DNA of 64,000 nt from Stegostoma tigrinum (lineage: Eukaryota). Numbering within the stretch: position 1 is the stretch's first letter; each line of letters begins with the position of its first letter. The stretch spans positions 31,459,197 through 31,523,196 of the forward strand of contig NC_081356.1 of the NCBI RefSeq assembly GCF_030684315.1. Reading direction: 5' to 3'. Of this stretch, positions 1 through 12,399 are shown one piece after another. The translations under genes and the position numbers were made by a program. The notes under the pieces were generated by a model. The model was given only the letters and a program-made list of their open reading frames with translations, did not search any database and was not told the origin of the DNA.

Positions 1-265
1 CATGCACGGGAATTCTTAGAGGCCTGGTTTTCAACCCATAATGCAATCAACAAACATGTGGAATCAGACCCTATATACAAACCCATGCAAAAAAAAAACC
101 CACTGGAAATGACACAATCCAACTTAACAGACCAGGTCATATAAATTCCAAGTGGAGTAGAACAACATCGCTTCATCAGAGGCCACACCGATGGTGTTAC
201 CTAACATGGTGATGAAACGTCAGCATGATAACCAGCCAGCTCGGCGAGCAAACCAACAACCTCAT
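1..265 (+). mobile_element. Penelope-like element 3' end with degenerate hammerhead motif
   Basis: HAREFLEAWFSTHNAINKH (end of GIY-YIG domain), then CCGATGGTGTTACC-TAACAT-GGTGATGAAACGTC; homologous to the copy at 52348-53369. Confidence 0.8.
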
Positions 266-551
266 GTACAGACAGTGGCTGCCTTCTAGTATCTTGTATA
301 AGTAGTAAGCATTGCAAGCAAGCCTTGAATTTGTGTGTCAGCATGCTAATCAATGAGGGCCATCAGAGCAACACCCAGCCCAGTAACTTTCTCACAGATA
401 GAAAGATAGCAAGACAATGTGGTAAAGAGCCATCAGCAGCAACAGCACTAACTAATTCTTTCCTCTACAGCCCAGGTGTACCTATTCCTAACTGAAGCAT
501 CTTTATCCCTGTCACAGTAAAATTAGGGTAATTTAGCATCTGGGTTCATCC

Positions 552-871
552 TAGAGATTTCTACCTTACAGTGTGGAAGCAGGTCATTTGGCCCTTCAAA
601 CGGCACCCCCATCCAGACCTCCCACCCTATCCATGTAACCCTGCATTTCCCATAGCTAATCCACCCAGCCTAGACACTATGGGCAATTTATCATGGTCAG
701 TCCTTCTAACCTGCACATCTTCAGACTGTGGGAGGAAACCAAAGCACCCAGAGGAAACTCACACAGACACAGCAAGAACGTGCAAACTCCATACAGACAG
801 TTCCCAAAAGCCAGAATCGAACGCAGGTGCTGTAAGGCAGTAGTGTAACCACTGAACCATGGTACCACCCC
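552..871 (-). mobile_element. HE1-like tRNA-derived V-SINE
   Basis: Minus strand: GGTTCAGTGGTTA head, V-domain GAGTTTCCTCTGGGTGCTTTGGTTTCCTCCCACAGTCTGAAGATGTGCAGG, CR1-like tail. Confidence 0.8.
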
Positions 872-1292
872 ATACCTTGTACCGCTCAACTACACACCGG
901 GTACATAAAACACAGAAAAGTAAAAAACATGTAACAGTAAAAATCAAGTTTAAAAAATAAAATTTTAAGCCTTAAAAAGAAAGATTACGTAGGCTTGGGA
1001 TTGGATTTAGTATCTACGTTTGGGGCTAAGATTCCTATCTCAATTGCGATCTGCTCAGCAGTAGTCAACTATAGGTTCTGTCAGTGAACAGTTTTATAGG
1101 AAAAAAATGCAGGACAGTGTCCCAAAAAGAAAAATATCAAATTAAAGATGATCTTCCATTTCTGATTATTGAGGGAAATAGAAACTAAATGCAGGAATTC
1201 AGGGCAGAGGAGTACTGTTCTGAAAGGCTATTTATGGTTTCCGAATTAGATTTTATTCCTCCCTTGCCATTAGAGGACTATTAAGTACATAC

Positions 1293-1337
1293 CTCCTTCA
1301 GTTTTTGAAGTGTTGGAGTAATTTCCTCTTCAAGAAT
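1293..1337 (-). CDS. SMC2: SMC2 coding exon 6 (15 aa); gene continues beyond window start
   Basis: ILEEEITPTLQKLKE; acceptor tgttag|ATT, donor GAG|gtatgt. Confidence 0.93.
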
Positions 1338-3295
1338 CTAACATATAAAAAAAATGTCCGGGATAAACAAAATGAGAAGATTAGACCAAAGTGCTTCTAC
1401 TTTGTTTCATGAATTCAAGTGCATACGATTGAGCTGTGGTCAGCGTAAAAAGGAATACCTGAAAATATTTAGTTTGAACATGACACTTCAAAGACAATAC
1501 AGAAATAATTTAATATTCTGTAACATCAAAGAAATATATTGCTCTGAAGCAATAGGAACAAAATTTCAGAATTGTTAACATTCACATTAATCACCAAATA
1601 CTCAACAGCTCAAAAATAAATTGTACCTACGCTTTAACTCTTCTGGCTTTTACTGGAAATTTGGTTAAGGTTTTCTTTGAAATTTACTTGTACTATCCAG
1701 ATAATCAAAGCTTTTAAAATTACTTACACAACTGAAGATAACGTACTAACACAAGCATATTTCACAGCAGATAAACACAAGAAAATTTGTTCTTTCGTGC
1801 ATTTTAACACAACTTCACACGTTCTTAATGAACAACGAAAGATCAGTTTGTTCAAACGGTTGGCTTTCTTTAAAACACATCAAGTAATGGCGTTTTTTTT
1901 GAGAGCACCATAAAAAGGTGGTCATTTGAGAAAATTTAGTGGGGCTGGATGGTAAAAGGCAATTTTGGAAGGGGTGGGGAGCTGAGAGATAAAGCGCAGC
2001 CTGAGAAGGATTTGGGCAACTGTGCTCATGTACAAATACAGCAGGATTGGAATTCAAAAAGGAAGCTGGAGAACTATTGATAGCTGCCAAATTAAAATTA
2101 TTTTTTGAAGGAAAACCATAGTATCAATATTAAGTGAAGCTAACAAGCATTATGGTGACAACTTATTATCTAACCATAAAGTCCTCTAAACAAAAATTAG
2201 AAAAATTCCAATCATATTGAAATTGTTCAACATTACTGATGAATACTAAGCAAGCACATACAAGAAAATGCACTCTGGATTAGGGGCTACAAAACAGTTA
2301 CTATATTTCTTAATAAATAGCTCCATGTAAGAAAAGAGTAATAAATTCTTTTGGTTATCACCATTGAATTAATGGCATTAATTAATTCAATTTGTGTAAT
2401 GGTAAAGAGAACGAAGAAAGCTGAGCCCTTTTGCCTAGTTTCACTGCTATAAGACACAAGACATCACAGGCTTCTTCTGGAGCCTTTTAAAACACCAATC
2501 CAGATAATAGCAAAAATATTTCAAATGGATTTGAAGTTTTAGAATCCAAATAATCTACCAATTCCAAAATTCCAGCATGTCAAAAGCCAATGTAGAACTG
2601 ATTTTTAAACAGTAGCACAACCCACTGAACATAACAAAATAGTGCAACTAAAAAAAGGAACTCAAAGGATAGTAATGAAGTTACAAAAACAATGACACTC
2701 AGACTCTTCTCCCAACCCTATTTAAAACTGAACTAGAGTTAATTAAATCTCAATATTCTCCGGGATCCTCTTTTGAAGGCAGTGATCCTTGCTGGGCTAA
2801 AAATGAGCACCAGTAAATGTCAGTGTCTCATCCAACACAGGGCCGAGGGACTTAGAAGTCATCCATTTAACAACAGGAGTGTGTACAAGTTTAGCCTTCA
2901 TCATGCACATCACACGCATGCAACACTCCCTCATACTTGGGATGTTACTATCCAATACTTTTCCTTTTTAGTTCAGACATTGAAACTCACTTCATGTCAG
3001 TTGCTCGGTCTGCTGCGAAGTTTTGTATTTTGTCTGCATGTGCCATGTTTAAATGTGTCAGAAGAGTTCTCTGATACAGAGGGCAGAAAAATATTCAATA
3101 TTTTCCAATGTTCAATATCTGAATTCCATGTCATCACTTTGGTTATTTTAAATGGAGGCTTGTATCGCCCTGCTGTCACCCAATTGGACTGAGATGAGAG
3201 GGCAGGCTGAGATTCAAAACTGCAACCTTTCTAACAATTATGGCTCAGTAACAGATTAGGATTCAGACATTCAATTTTCATGGGGCTTTTTATCA

Positions 3296-3957
3296 TCTTG
3301 GGGTGCAGGTTCATTGTTCCTTGAAGATGGAGTCACAGGTAGACACGATAGTGAAGAAGGCATTTGTTATGCTTGCCATCATTGGTCAATGCATTGAGTA
3401 TAGGAGTTGGGTGGCCATGCTGTGGCCGTATGGGTTAGGCCACTTTTGGAATATGGCATTCAATCTGGTCTCCCAGCTGCAGGAAAGTGGTTGTTAAACG
3501 TGAAAGCACGCAGAAAAGATTTACAAGAATGTTGCTGCAGTTGGAGGGTTTGAGCTGTAGACAGGCTGAATAGGCTGGGGCTATTTTCCCTGGAGACTTG
3601 AAAGCCAGGGGGTGACCTTATAGAGGTTTATAAAATCATGAGGGCCATTGATATGGTGAATGACCAAGGTCATTTGCCCATGGTAGGGGAGTCCAAAACT
3701 AGAGGGCATAGGCTTAAGGAAAGAGGGAGAAAAGGACAGAGGATGGTGCATGTATGGAAAGAGCTGCCAGGGGAAATACTGGAGGCTGGTACAATAACAT
3801 TTAAAAGACACTTTGATGGGTACATGATTAGGAAGAATTTGAGAGATTTGGTCCAAATGGAGGCAAATGGGACTACAGTAATTTAGGAATATCTGGTCGG
3901 CATGGATGAGTTAGACCAAAAGGTCTGATTCCATGCTGTACAACTCTGGCTCCATAA
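3296..3957 (+). mobile_element. CR1/HER1-type LINE, 5'-truncated 3' fragment
   Basis: Decayed RT C-terminus (QVHCSLKMESQVD..., ESKTRGHRLK) and CR1 3' UTR. Confidence 0.85.
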
Positions 3958-4101
3958 TTCCAAGTCAATCTCAGTAACTTCCCACTGTCCTTCAAAAATA
4001 CACTTTGCAAAGCAAAATAATTTACAGCAATACCAGTGGAAAACAAAAATATTGAGTGCCAGAAATGTTTCTAGTCACACTAAATCGTCAAACCAATTTA
4101 C

Positions 4102-4212
4102 CGTATGAATTTCTTTCAGCTTGGCCTCCTTTTTCTCAATTGTTTTCTCAGCCGCTAACTTCTTACACTCATACATTCTGGTCCCTGCAGCTTCCTCAAT
4201 CAAAGATAGGAT
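4102..4212 (-). CDS. SMC2: SMC2 coding exon 5 (37 aa)
   Basis: [37 protein letters not shown]; acceptor ccacag|ATC, donor ACG|gtaaat. Confidence 0.95.
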
Positions 4213-4952
4213 CTGTGGAGAAAGAATGAAGAATTAGGTGCCGCGTTGTCTTGTTAACAGCCTATTTCAAACGCTCCAAGCAATGCACTACAAAATTAAA
4301 AACAAAACCTGTTGTAAAACCCAATGCACATGTCATGTCTTCTACAGCTTGTAAATCTGTAGGTTGTGGGCTTTATGCCAGATACCTGACAATGCCTCGA
4401 ACTTATAAATGTTTTCCATGAAAGCGTCTTTTACCCCACTCCAATTCATGTATCTTTTGCACATGATGTAAAAGCAATACATTTCATCATGCTTGGAGAC
4501 TCGTCCAAGATGAGAAATTGCTATTCTCTTCTGAATCTATAAAGGTCTGCTATTCTAACAAGATTGCAATCTCTTCTATTCTGTTGAATAAGGAAACTTA
4601 ACTTTTCATTCAGTTGTTGTTTAAACACATGTCCTCTTAATAGTCTGAATACCTAGCATTTGCTCCTTCAGATATATTCAGATGCAGATCTCTTCTGTTT
4701 ATAACCAAGTCCCACACCTCGCTTTCATGGTCCTTATAATGGAGATTCACAACTGACAGACTATACCTGCAAATAGCTGTCAACTCTTTTGCAGATACAA
4801 CTCTCAAATACCAGGAGCAGAGAGTAGCTCTCAGGAACAGCCTAACAGAATTTGAACATACAACGGCACAAATCAACTTGGGTCAAAACTAGCATTCCAA
4901 TGAGTTATAAATAATTCAGTCTCAAGGTTTAAACGTAAACTAGAATAGTTAC

Positions 4953-4991
4953 CTCCGGAGGTTTCATATTCAGAACTTTAGTGATACGGCC
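4953..4991 (-). CDS. SMC2: SMC2 coding exon 4 (13 aa)
   Basis: GRITKVLNMKPPE; acceptor ttttag|GGC, donor GAG|gtaact; continues the frame. Confidence 0.95.
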
Positions 4992-5044
4992 CTAAAAACA
5001 AACAATAAGTTATCATTTTTAAGAATCAGTGACTATAATTCTAT

Positions 5045-7120
5045 TAGTCTTAAAATAGTGATTGAAAAGATAGACCAGATCCAAAAGTTAAACTTCTAAA
5101 TTAGAGGGGGGCAATTTTGACAGTATCAGGAAAGAACTTTCAAAAGTTGATTGGGAGCAGATGTTTGTAGGTAAAAGGATGGCTGAAAAATGATAAGCCT
5201 TCAAAAATGAGGTAACAAGAGTCCAGAGGCAGTATGTTCTTATTAGGGTGAAGGGCAAGGCTGGTAGGTATAGGGAAAAGCTGGATGATTAGAGTAATTG
5301 AGTTTTTGGTCAAGAAAAAAAGAAGTGTATAGACAGGTCAGGTATAGACAGCAGAGATCAAGTGAATTCCTGGAAGAGTAGTAAGGCAATAGGAGTATAC
5401 TTAAGAGGGAAGTGAGAAGGGCAAAATAAGGACATGAGATAGCTTTGGCATATAGGGTTCAGGAAAATCCAAGGGGATTCCACAAATACATTAAGAACTA
5501 ACGGGTAACTAGGGAGAGAATAGGGCCCCATAAAGATCAGCAAGGTCACCTGCATGTGGAATCACAGGAGATAGGGCAGATACTAAATGTATATTTTGCA
5601 TCAGTGTTTACTGAGGAGAAGGATATGCAAGATAGAGAACATGGGAAATAAATACTGACATCTTGAAAAATGTCTGTATTACAGAGGTGGTGCTGGCCAT
5701 TTTAAAATGCATGAAGGTGAATAAATCCCTGATACTCTGTGGGAAGCTAGGGAAGAGATTGCAGGGACCCTTGTTCAGATTTTTGTATCATGTGAAGTGC
5801 TGGGGCTAACGTGGTGCCATTATTTAAGAAAGGTGGAAGGAAAAGCCAGGGAACTATAGACCAGTGAGCCTGACAATGGTGGAGGACAAGTTGTTTGAGG
5901 GAATCCTGAGGAACAGATTTACAAATATTTGGAAAAGCAAGGACTGATTAGGGTGTCAACATGGCTTTGTACATGGGCAATTGTGTCGCACCAACCTAAG
6001 TGAGCTTTTTGAAGTAATGAAGAGGACTGATGAGGGTGCAGCAATGTGTTTGACAAGATTCCTTGTGGTAGACTGGTTAGCAGGATTACAACACAGAATA
6101 CAGGGAGAACTAGCCATTTGGATATAGAACTGGCTCAAAGCCAGTTATAGGATGGTGGAGGGTTGCTTTTCAGACTGGAAGCCTGAGATCAGCGGCGTGC
6201 CACAAGGATCAGTGCTGGGTACGCTGCTATTTTTCATTTATACAAATGATTTTGATGTGGACATAGGAGGTATGGTTAGTAAGTTCGAAAATGACAATAA
6301 AATTGGAGTACAGTGGATAGCAAAGAAAGTAAGCTTAGAGTACAATGGGATCTTGATCAGATGGGCCAGTGGGCCGATAAGTGGCAGATGGAGTTTAGAT
6401 TAATGTGAGGTGCTGCATTTTGGAAAGGCAAATCAGGGCAGGGCTTATACACTTGATAATAAAGGTGCTCCGAGTGTTGCTAAACAAGCAGGCCTCGGAG
6501 TATAGGTTCATAGTTCCTTGAAAGTGGAGTCCCAGGTGGATAGGATAATGAAGGAGGCATTTGGTATGCTTGACTTTATTGGTCAATGCATTGAGTTGGG
6601 AGGTCATGTTGCTGCTGTACAGGACATTGGTTAGGCCACTTTTGGAATACTGCATTCAATTCTGGTATCTCTGCTATAGGAAGGATGTTGTGAAACTTGA
6701 AAGGGTTCAGAAAAAATTTACAAGGATGTTGTCAGGGTTGGAGAGTTTGAACTATAGGGAGAGGCTGAATAAGCTGGGACTATTTTCCCTGGAGCATCGG
6801 AGGCTGAGGGGTGACTTTACAGACGTTTATAAAATCATGAGAGGCATGGATAGGGTAAATAGACCAGGTCTTTTTCCCATGGTAAGGGGAGTCCGAAACT
6901 GGTCAGCATAGGTTTAAGGTGAGAAGGGTAACAAGCTGCTAGAGGAAGTGGAGGAGACAGATACAATAACAACATTTGAAAGGTATCTAGATGTGCATAT
7001 GAATAGAAAGGAATTTGAGGGATATGGGCCAAATGCTGGCAAATGGGATTAAATTTAGGACCTCTGGTCAGTATGGATGAGTTGGACCAATGGGTTCGTT
7101 TCTGCGCTGTATAATTTCAT
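5045..7120 (+). mobile_element. CR1/HER1-type LINE fragment (decayed ORF2 RT)
   Basis: SGVPQGSVLG, LYRTLVRPLLEYCIQFW...LERVQKKFTRM; many frameshifts. Confidence 0.9.
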
Positions 7121-7184
7121 TTATGATAGAAATATACAAATTCCCATCTCTAAAGATTACACGCAAGGGCCTATATATGCTTTC

Positions 7185-7570
7185 CCTTTTACTCTTTCGC
7201 AACATGTGGACATCACTGGCTGAGAAATATTGATGATCTCTAAGTGCCCACAAAGGTCAGTGATGATGAGCTGCCTCTTGAATTCTTGCTATTCAAGTGG
7301 CAGAGGCACACTTACAGACCTGTTAAGTTGTTCCAGGATCTTGACCCAGTGACAGTGAAGGAACAGAAATGTAGTTCCAAATCAGGATGGTGTGAGGATT
7401 GGAGCAGAACTTGCAGATGATGGTTTTCCTAAACAACTACTGCACTTGATTTTCTAGGTGATAACAGTTTGAAGGTGCTGCGGTAGGAGTGTTGGTGAAT
7501 TAGTATGATGCGTTTTGGTGACAGAAAACAGGTGCTGTTGTGCAATGGTGATGGAGAAAGTGAATGGGTT
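7185..7570 (-). mobile_element. 3' tail of the LINE family also represented at 13530-14961
   Basis: Tail motif (minus strand GCAGCTCATCATCAC...GGGCAC...GCCAGTGATGTCCACATG) resembles the tail of the SINE at about 41985-42030. Confidence 0.55.
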
Positions 7571-7595
7571 ACAATCCTCTGACATATGTACAAAC

Positions 7596-7718
7596 CTGCA
7601 TGATAAGGAAATGTGGATTGTTGACATTCAGACCGATTGAACAGAAGAGATCTTGCACTCTGGTGTTGTTTGCATTCACACCATTAATTAAGTACTTGTT
7701 TCTCCCACCAATTACCAC
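7596..7718 (-). CDS. SMC2: SMC2 coding exon 3 (41 aa, ends at Q-loop FLIMQ)
   Basis: [41 protein letters not shown]; acceptor tttcag|, donor CAG|gtttgt. Confidence 0.97.
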
Positions 7719-9291
7719 CTGAAAAATGAATAGTTTTAATTGTTTGGCAGTAAAAAGACAATGATTCCAAAAACACAACACAAACTTTAAAAAAAATACA
7801 GAAATGCAGCCACTGGAGAAATTTATTAATCATTGTAAGCAGAGTCTTTCTAACATAGATTACAGAAAGCAGTACGACAAATTCCTCTAACTAGACAGTT
7901 TACGCGATTTAATACTTAAAATCTGATTTGAGCAGGCAGATATCAAGTTGAGAATTGCAACTTTTCACATTATTTATTGTCAATTTGTATAATATTATGC
8001 TTTACTTCGCACACGAGCACTAAATCATACAAATCTTGTGCCCAATAACCTTTACAAGTTTTCACTGAAGGCAACACATTATGCCATTAGCATGATATAA
8101 TGAGGACGACGCACTAAATGACAGTATTATGTGTAATGCCAAAGTGAGTGCTGTCCAGTTATTGCCACATTTTTTGACAAGGCAAAAATCTGTTTCATCC
8201 TGGCAACAAACACATTCAATCATCAGAAAAGCAATGTCATGATGCTTTTTGAATTCCACAATCAGATTATGTCTGCAACTTTCATGGACTGAAATACTGA
8301 CTTAAAATGGTACAGCAATCACTTGACTAAGTTTCAATGTAAATCGGACAGCAGACACTCAAACAGAGATGAACATTTTTATCCAAAAGCAAGGAAGACA
8401 GTCAACATCCTTCAAGACAGAGGCATGGAAATATTTTCATCTATTTTTATAGCACACCCAATATTTGCACATTGGAGAAGACAGGCCCTGCAATTACCAA
8501 GCTTGAAGTTCAATAAACCCAGATATGAAAATACACAAACAATTGCAACCAGCTGGAGAAAATTCTCTGTCTAATGCAAAGAAAAGATGTTAAGTGACAC
8601 ATAGGTTAAAAACAAAAATTAGAACAAAACTCCAAGGAGAATTGAGACTGCTGATATCCAAGACCATAAGTAAATAACCATGGTTTCAGGTTGAAACCTT
8701 ACTTCAAGGACACTCAAAGTATTTTAGAACTATTTGTTCCTTTCAAGTTTCTTTTGAACAGGACACTATTTTTAACTTTACACACGAGTGTAAGTTTGGT
8801 ATTGTGTTTTTATTTTTGTCAGGATCAGCAGGTAATAGGAATTGTTCTTTCACTGAAGAAAGTCTTATGATGTACTGCTTACTATTTTAACGGGAAAAAA
8901 GATAATAGCCTCATGCTAAAAAAAACCACAAAGCTTTAGTGTGACCAACCAGGGAGGTTGAAATAAAAAATTCTCACCATCTCACCTAGTCGTAACAACT
9001 TTGCACAAGAACCTCCCTGGCATTACAAGAGTGTGCAGAGAGCATCAGCTCTGATTCCACAACCGAGGAAGAACAAACTATTATCCTATATGACACTATA
9101 TGACCTTAACTTGTGCCATATTTGCTTCACCCGCTGAGAATCAATCCCAGTTTGCAGGGGTGAGAATACAAAATGGACCAGTATCCAGTTCAAAAGGCAT
9201 AAGACAGAAGAGTCAGGAAGAGACTCTTCTGAAGAAGTTTTCATTGTTAACATTGTGGAATATTAAATACGATAGAAATGTTGCAGAGTAC

Positions 9292-9441
9292 CTGTCTCGA
9301 GACAGTAATTTCATCATGAGTCTCAAAGCCCAGAGGACTTTGTTTTTTGTCAGAGTTATCAAAGGTAATTGAGACAGTGGCTTTTGTAATCCCTGCTTGC
9401 CCATTTTTGTAGACCAAATCCTGCAGGTTGCTGGCTCGCAC
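9292..9441 (-). CDS. SMC2: SMC2 coding exon 2 (50 aa)
   Basis: [50 protein letters not shown]; acceptor tgttag|GTG, donor CAG|gtactc. Confidence 0.97.
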
Positions 9442-10948
9442 CTAACAGCAGACAACAAAACAAGGTTGCAATGAAAATTAGCATTAAAATACTCCAAAAC
9501 CCAAAATGTCTGAAGCATTATATTGATTTCCAATTAAATAGTAGCCTAATATCAATAGTAAAAAGAACATTGGAATCTCAAAGATAATTGGGCTTAGAAA
9601 ATACTATTAGGATTCTGAGTTAACATGGATTTATGAAAAGGAAATCTTTTTGACAAACTAGTTAAGATTTTATCGAGGATGTAATTCGCAGAATAGACAG
9701 AGTGTATTTGGATCTTCAGAAGGCTGTTAATAAGGTGCCATTAAGGAGGTTAGGAATCCAAATGAGATCACATCAGTTTGAAGGAATATACCGGCAAAGA
9801 TTGAGGAATGATTGACATACAGAACACGGAACAAAATCAAACTGATCATTTTCTGGTTGCGGGAGGTGACTAGTACTACCACGATCAGTGCATGGGTCCC
9901 AGATTTCATAGTCTACATCAATAATTCGATGGACACTGAAATTTGCTGTTGACACAAACTAGATGGGAATATAAATGGGAAGGGGATGCAGAGATTTAGA
10001 CAAGCTGAGTGGACAAGGTCACCACAGATGGAACATCATGTGGGAAAATGTTGTTACTTCACATTTAATTTTTCTACCAAAGTGAATATTTCTTAAATGG
10101 TTTCTTAATATTTCTTAAAGATCACTCCAGTCCTTCCTTCCCCCGCTCTCAGCAACAATATACTACTCTCCTCTGATATAGATGTGAATGTACAAGGTGC
10201 GGTTAGTAAGTTTGCAGATTACATCAAAATTTTAAATGTATGGACAACAAAGATGGTTACCTCAGAGTACAACAGGATCTTGATTAGATGAGCTACTGGG
10301 CCAAGGAGTGGCAGACAGAGTTTAATTTAGGTAAACATGAAATACTGCATTTTGGAAAAGCAAATTGGGGGTAGTATTTATACACTTAAATGGTACAGTC
10401 CTGGGCAGCGTTACTGAACAAAGATGCCTTGGAGTGCAGGTTCATAGTTCCTTGAAAGTGGAGTCCCAGGTGGATAGAATAGTGAAGAAGGTGTTTGATA
10501 TCCTGTTTTTTATTGGTCAGAGCATTGGGTAAGAGAGTTGCGGCTGTACAAGACATTGGTTAGGCCACTTTTGCAATACTGGTATCCCTGATGTAGGAAA
10601 GAAGTTGTGAAACTTGAAAGGGTTCAGAAAAGATTTACAAGGATGGTACCATGGTTGCAGTTATTGGGAAAGGCAGAATAGGGTGAGACTATTTTCCCTG
10701 AAACATTGGAGGATGATGGGTGATCTTATAGAGGTTTTTAAAAAAAGGAACATGAATAGGGTGTATAGTCAAGGTGTTTTCCCTAGGTAGTTGAGTCCAA
10801 AACTAAAGGGCATAGATTTAAAGTGAGAGGGGCAAGATTTAAAATAGACCTCAGGGATAACTTTTTGCACACAGAGGGTGATGAATGTATGCAATGAGCT
10901 TCCAGTGGAGGTGGAAGAGGCTGGTACAATTACAACATTTAGAAGGCA

Positions 10949-11131
10949 CAAAAACAGAAGCTGCTGTAAAAGCTCAGCAGGTCTGGCAGCATCTGTGAAG
11001 GGAAATCAGAGCTAACGTTTCGAGACCGGTGACCCTTCCTCAGAACTGCCCATTTCTGATTTCTCTTCACAGATGCTGATCTCTTCCAGCAACTTCTATT
11101 TTTGTTTCTCATTTACGGCATCCGCAGTTTC
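10949..11131. mobile_element. Short palindromic Penelope-derived element with hammerhead motif, 13-bp TSD
   Basis: Inverted arms (CAGCATCTGTGAAG / CTTCACAGATGCTG); TSD CATTTAGAAGGCA 10936-10948 / CATTTAAAAGGCA 11132-11144. Confidence 0.8.
11010..11047 (-). ncRNA. Minimal type I hammerhead ribozyme-like motif
   Basis: AGUU-CUGAGGA-A-GGGUC-ACCG-GUCUC-GAAAC-GUU^AGCU. Confidence 0.55.
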
Positions 11132-11533
11132 CATTTAAAAGGCAGCTGAATGAATAGAAAGTGTTTTCGGAGGGAGACGGGCCAAATGCTGACAAATGGG
11201 ACTAAATTAATGCGGACGAGTTAGACCGAAGGATGTTTCTGTGTTGTATATCTCCATGACCCACTTCCATCCCCCTCCCCAAAGCAACCTCCTTTGTCCC
11301 CTTCCTTCGCACAACTTTACACCATCACCACTATTTCACTTCCTCAACTCAATCTTCCAACACCATCACCCCCTTCCCTTCCTCCTCTGAACCCCCATTT
11401 TTTAAAAATCTTTTCTCTCACCACCTAAAGTCCCTTGGGCCGCACTGAACCCTTCACATCCTACACCTTCTCCGATCGCCCCCTTCTCCTCCTAACTTGC
11501 GATCCCCATCTTCCCCCCACTTCCCTGTCGAAC

Positions 11534-11701
11534 CTGGGACAAGTTACTGATGCCGAGGAGGAAGCAGATGGAGTCTAAGATGTTGGACTTGCCGCTGCCG
11601 TTTAGGCCGGTAATAGCATTAAAGAGCGGATCGAAGCCGTTAATCTCCGTCCGTTGCGCGTAAGACTTGAAGCCGTCGATGATGATGGATTTTATATACA
11701 T
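11534..11701 (-). CDS. SMC2: SMC2 condensin subunit, coding exon 1 (56 aa, Walker A GLNGSGKS)
   Basis: [56 protein letters not shown] matches the SMC2 N-terminal ATPase head. Donor CAG|GTTCGA at 11533, phase 0. Confidence 0.97.
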
Positions 11702-11759
11702 TTTCCTTCACCGTGTTAAATTAAACTAAATCCGGAATTTCACTGCAACTCGGAGAGCT

Positions 11760-12200
11760 CCGGTTGCCTCCCAGCAGTTTAAATTTTGGCGCCAATCCCT
11801 GACCGTTAGTTCAATGGCCTCAGTTGGTTCAGTGGCGCTTTCACCTCAGTACCGCCATGCAATTTTAAGACAGAAAACGCAGCAGCTCAAGATTAATGTA
11901 ATTATTGCGGCGGATTCCTGGCGTTTGGAGAATAATTAACGATTTGTGGAAAATTGACGATTTAGAGACGGCAGGCGCCTTTCGATGACGTTCCTGCCAT
12001 GCGGGGCAGAACCCTGCGGTTTCTCTTAAAGGGGCCACGTCTTCACGCCCTAAATCACGTGGTCCCACCCGCGGGTGACAGAGGCCTTTGAAATGTCATC
12101 CCCCTCCAAACGTGAGACCCTCACTCGGTAAGGCCCCAGACCCGTAAAGTGGCCTCCTTAGCAGCACGCCGAGGTGAAGTCGATGCGTTCCAGCGAGTGT
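11760..12200 (-). promoter_or_regulatory. SMC2 promoter (CpG-rich) with E2F/CDE-CHR tandem and MYB-type sites
   Basis: Minus strand reads ATTGGCGCCAAAATTTAAA (11796-11778): an E2F/CDE-like GGCGC followed by CHR-type TTTAAA. TAACGG lies at about 11803-11808. CpG is locally enriched. Confidence 0.6.
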
Positions 12201-12224
12201 TCAAACCTCCCCCTCAAACATTTC

Positions 12225-12325
12225 TGTCTGCCCGACCCATCAAGTAAAACCTGTCCCGAGTGTGGTAAACTCTGCAGATTGGTTAGACTTAACAACCATT
12301 TCGCAACCCATTGGACTCAGATGAA
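12225..12325 (+). mobile_element. RTE-clade LINE 3' end (C2H2-like zinc finger)
   Basis: TCPECGKLCRLVRLNNHFATH resembles the RTE ORF2 terminal CxxC..H...H finger. Confidence 0.5.
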
Positions 12326-12399
12326 AGAAGTGGCGTTCAGTCATGATCTTATTGAACGGCAGAACAAGTTTGAATGGCCTGCTGAGTCCTAAGTTCCAC

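Larger units (their letters stand above)
9590..11260 (+). mobile_element. Composite CR1-type LINE fragments in SMC2 intron 1
   Basis: Decayed RT motifs (SKFAD, LHFGK) and CR1 3' UTR; interrupted at 10949-11131. Confidence 0.8.

Noticed and set aside
2773-3192. 139-aa ORF in SMC2 intron
   Set aside because: No ATG start, no domain, intronic antisense; likely chance
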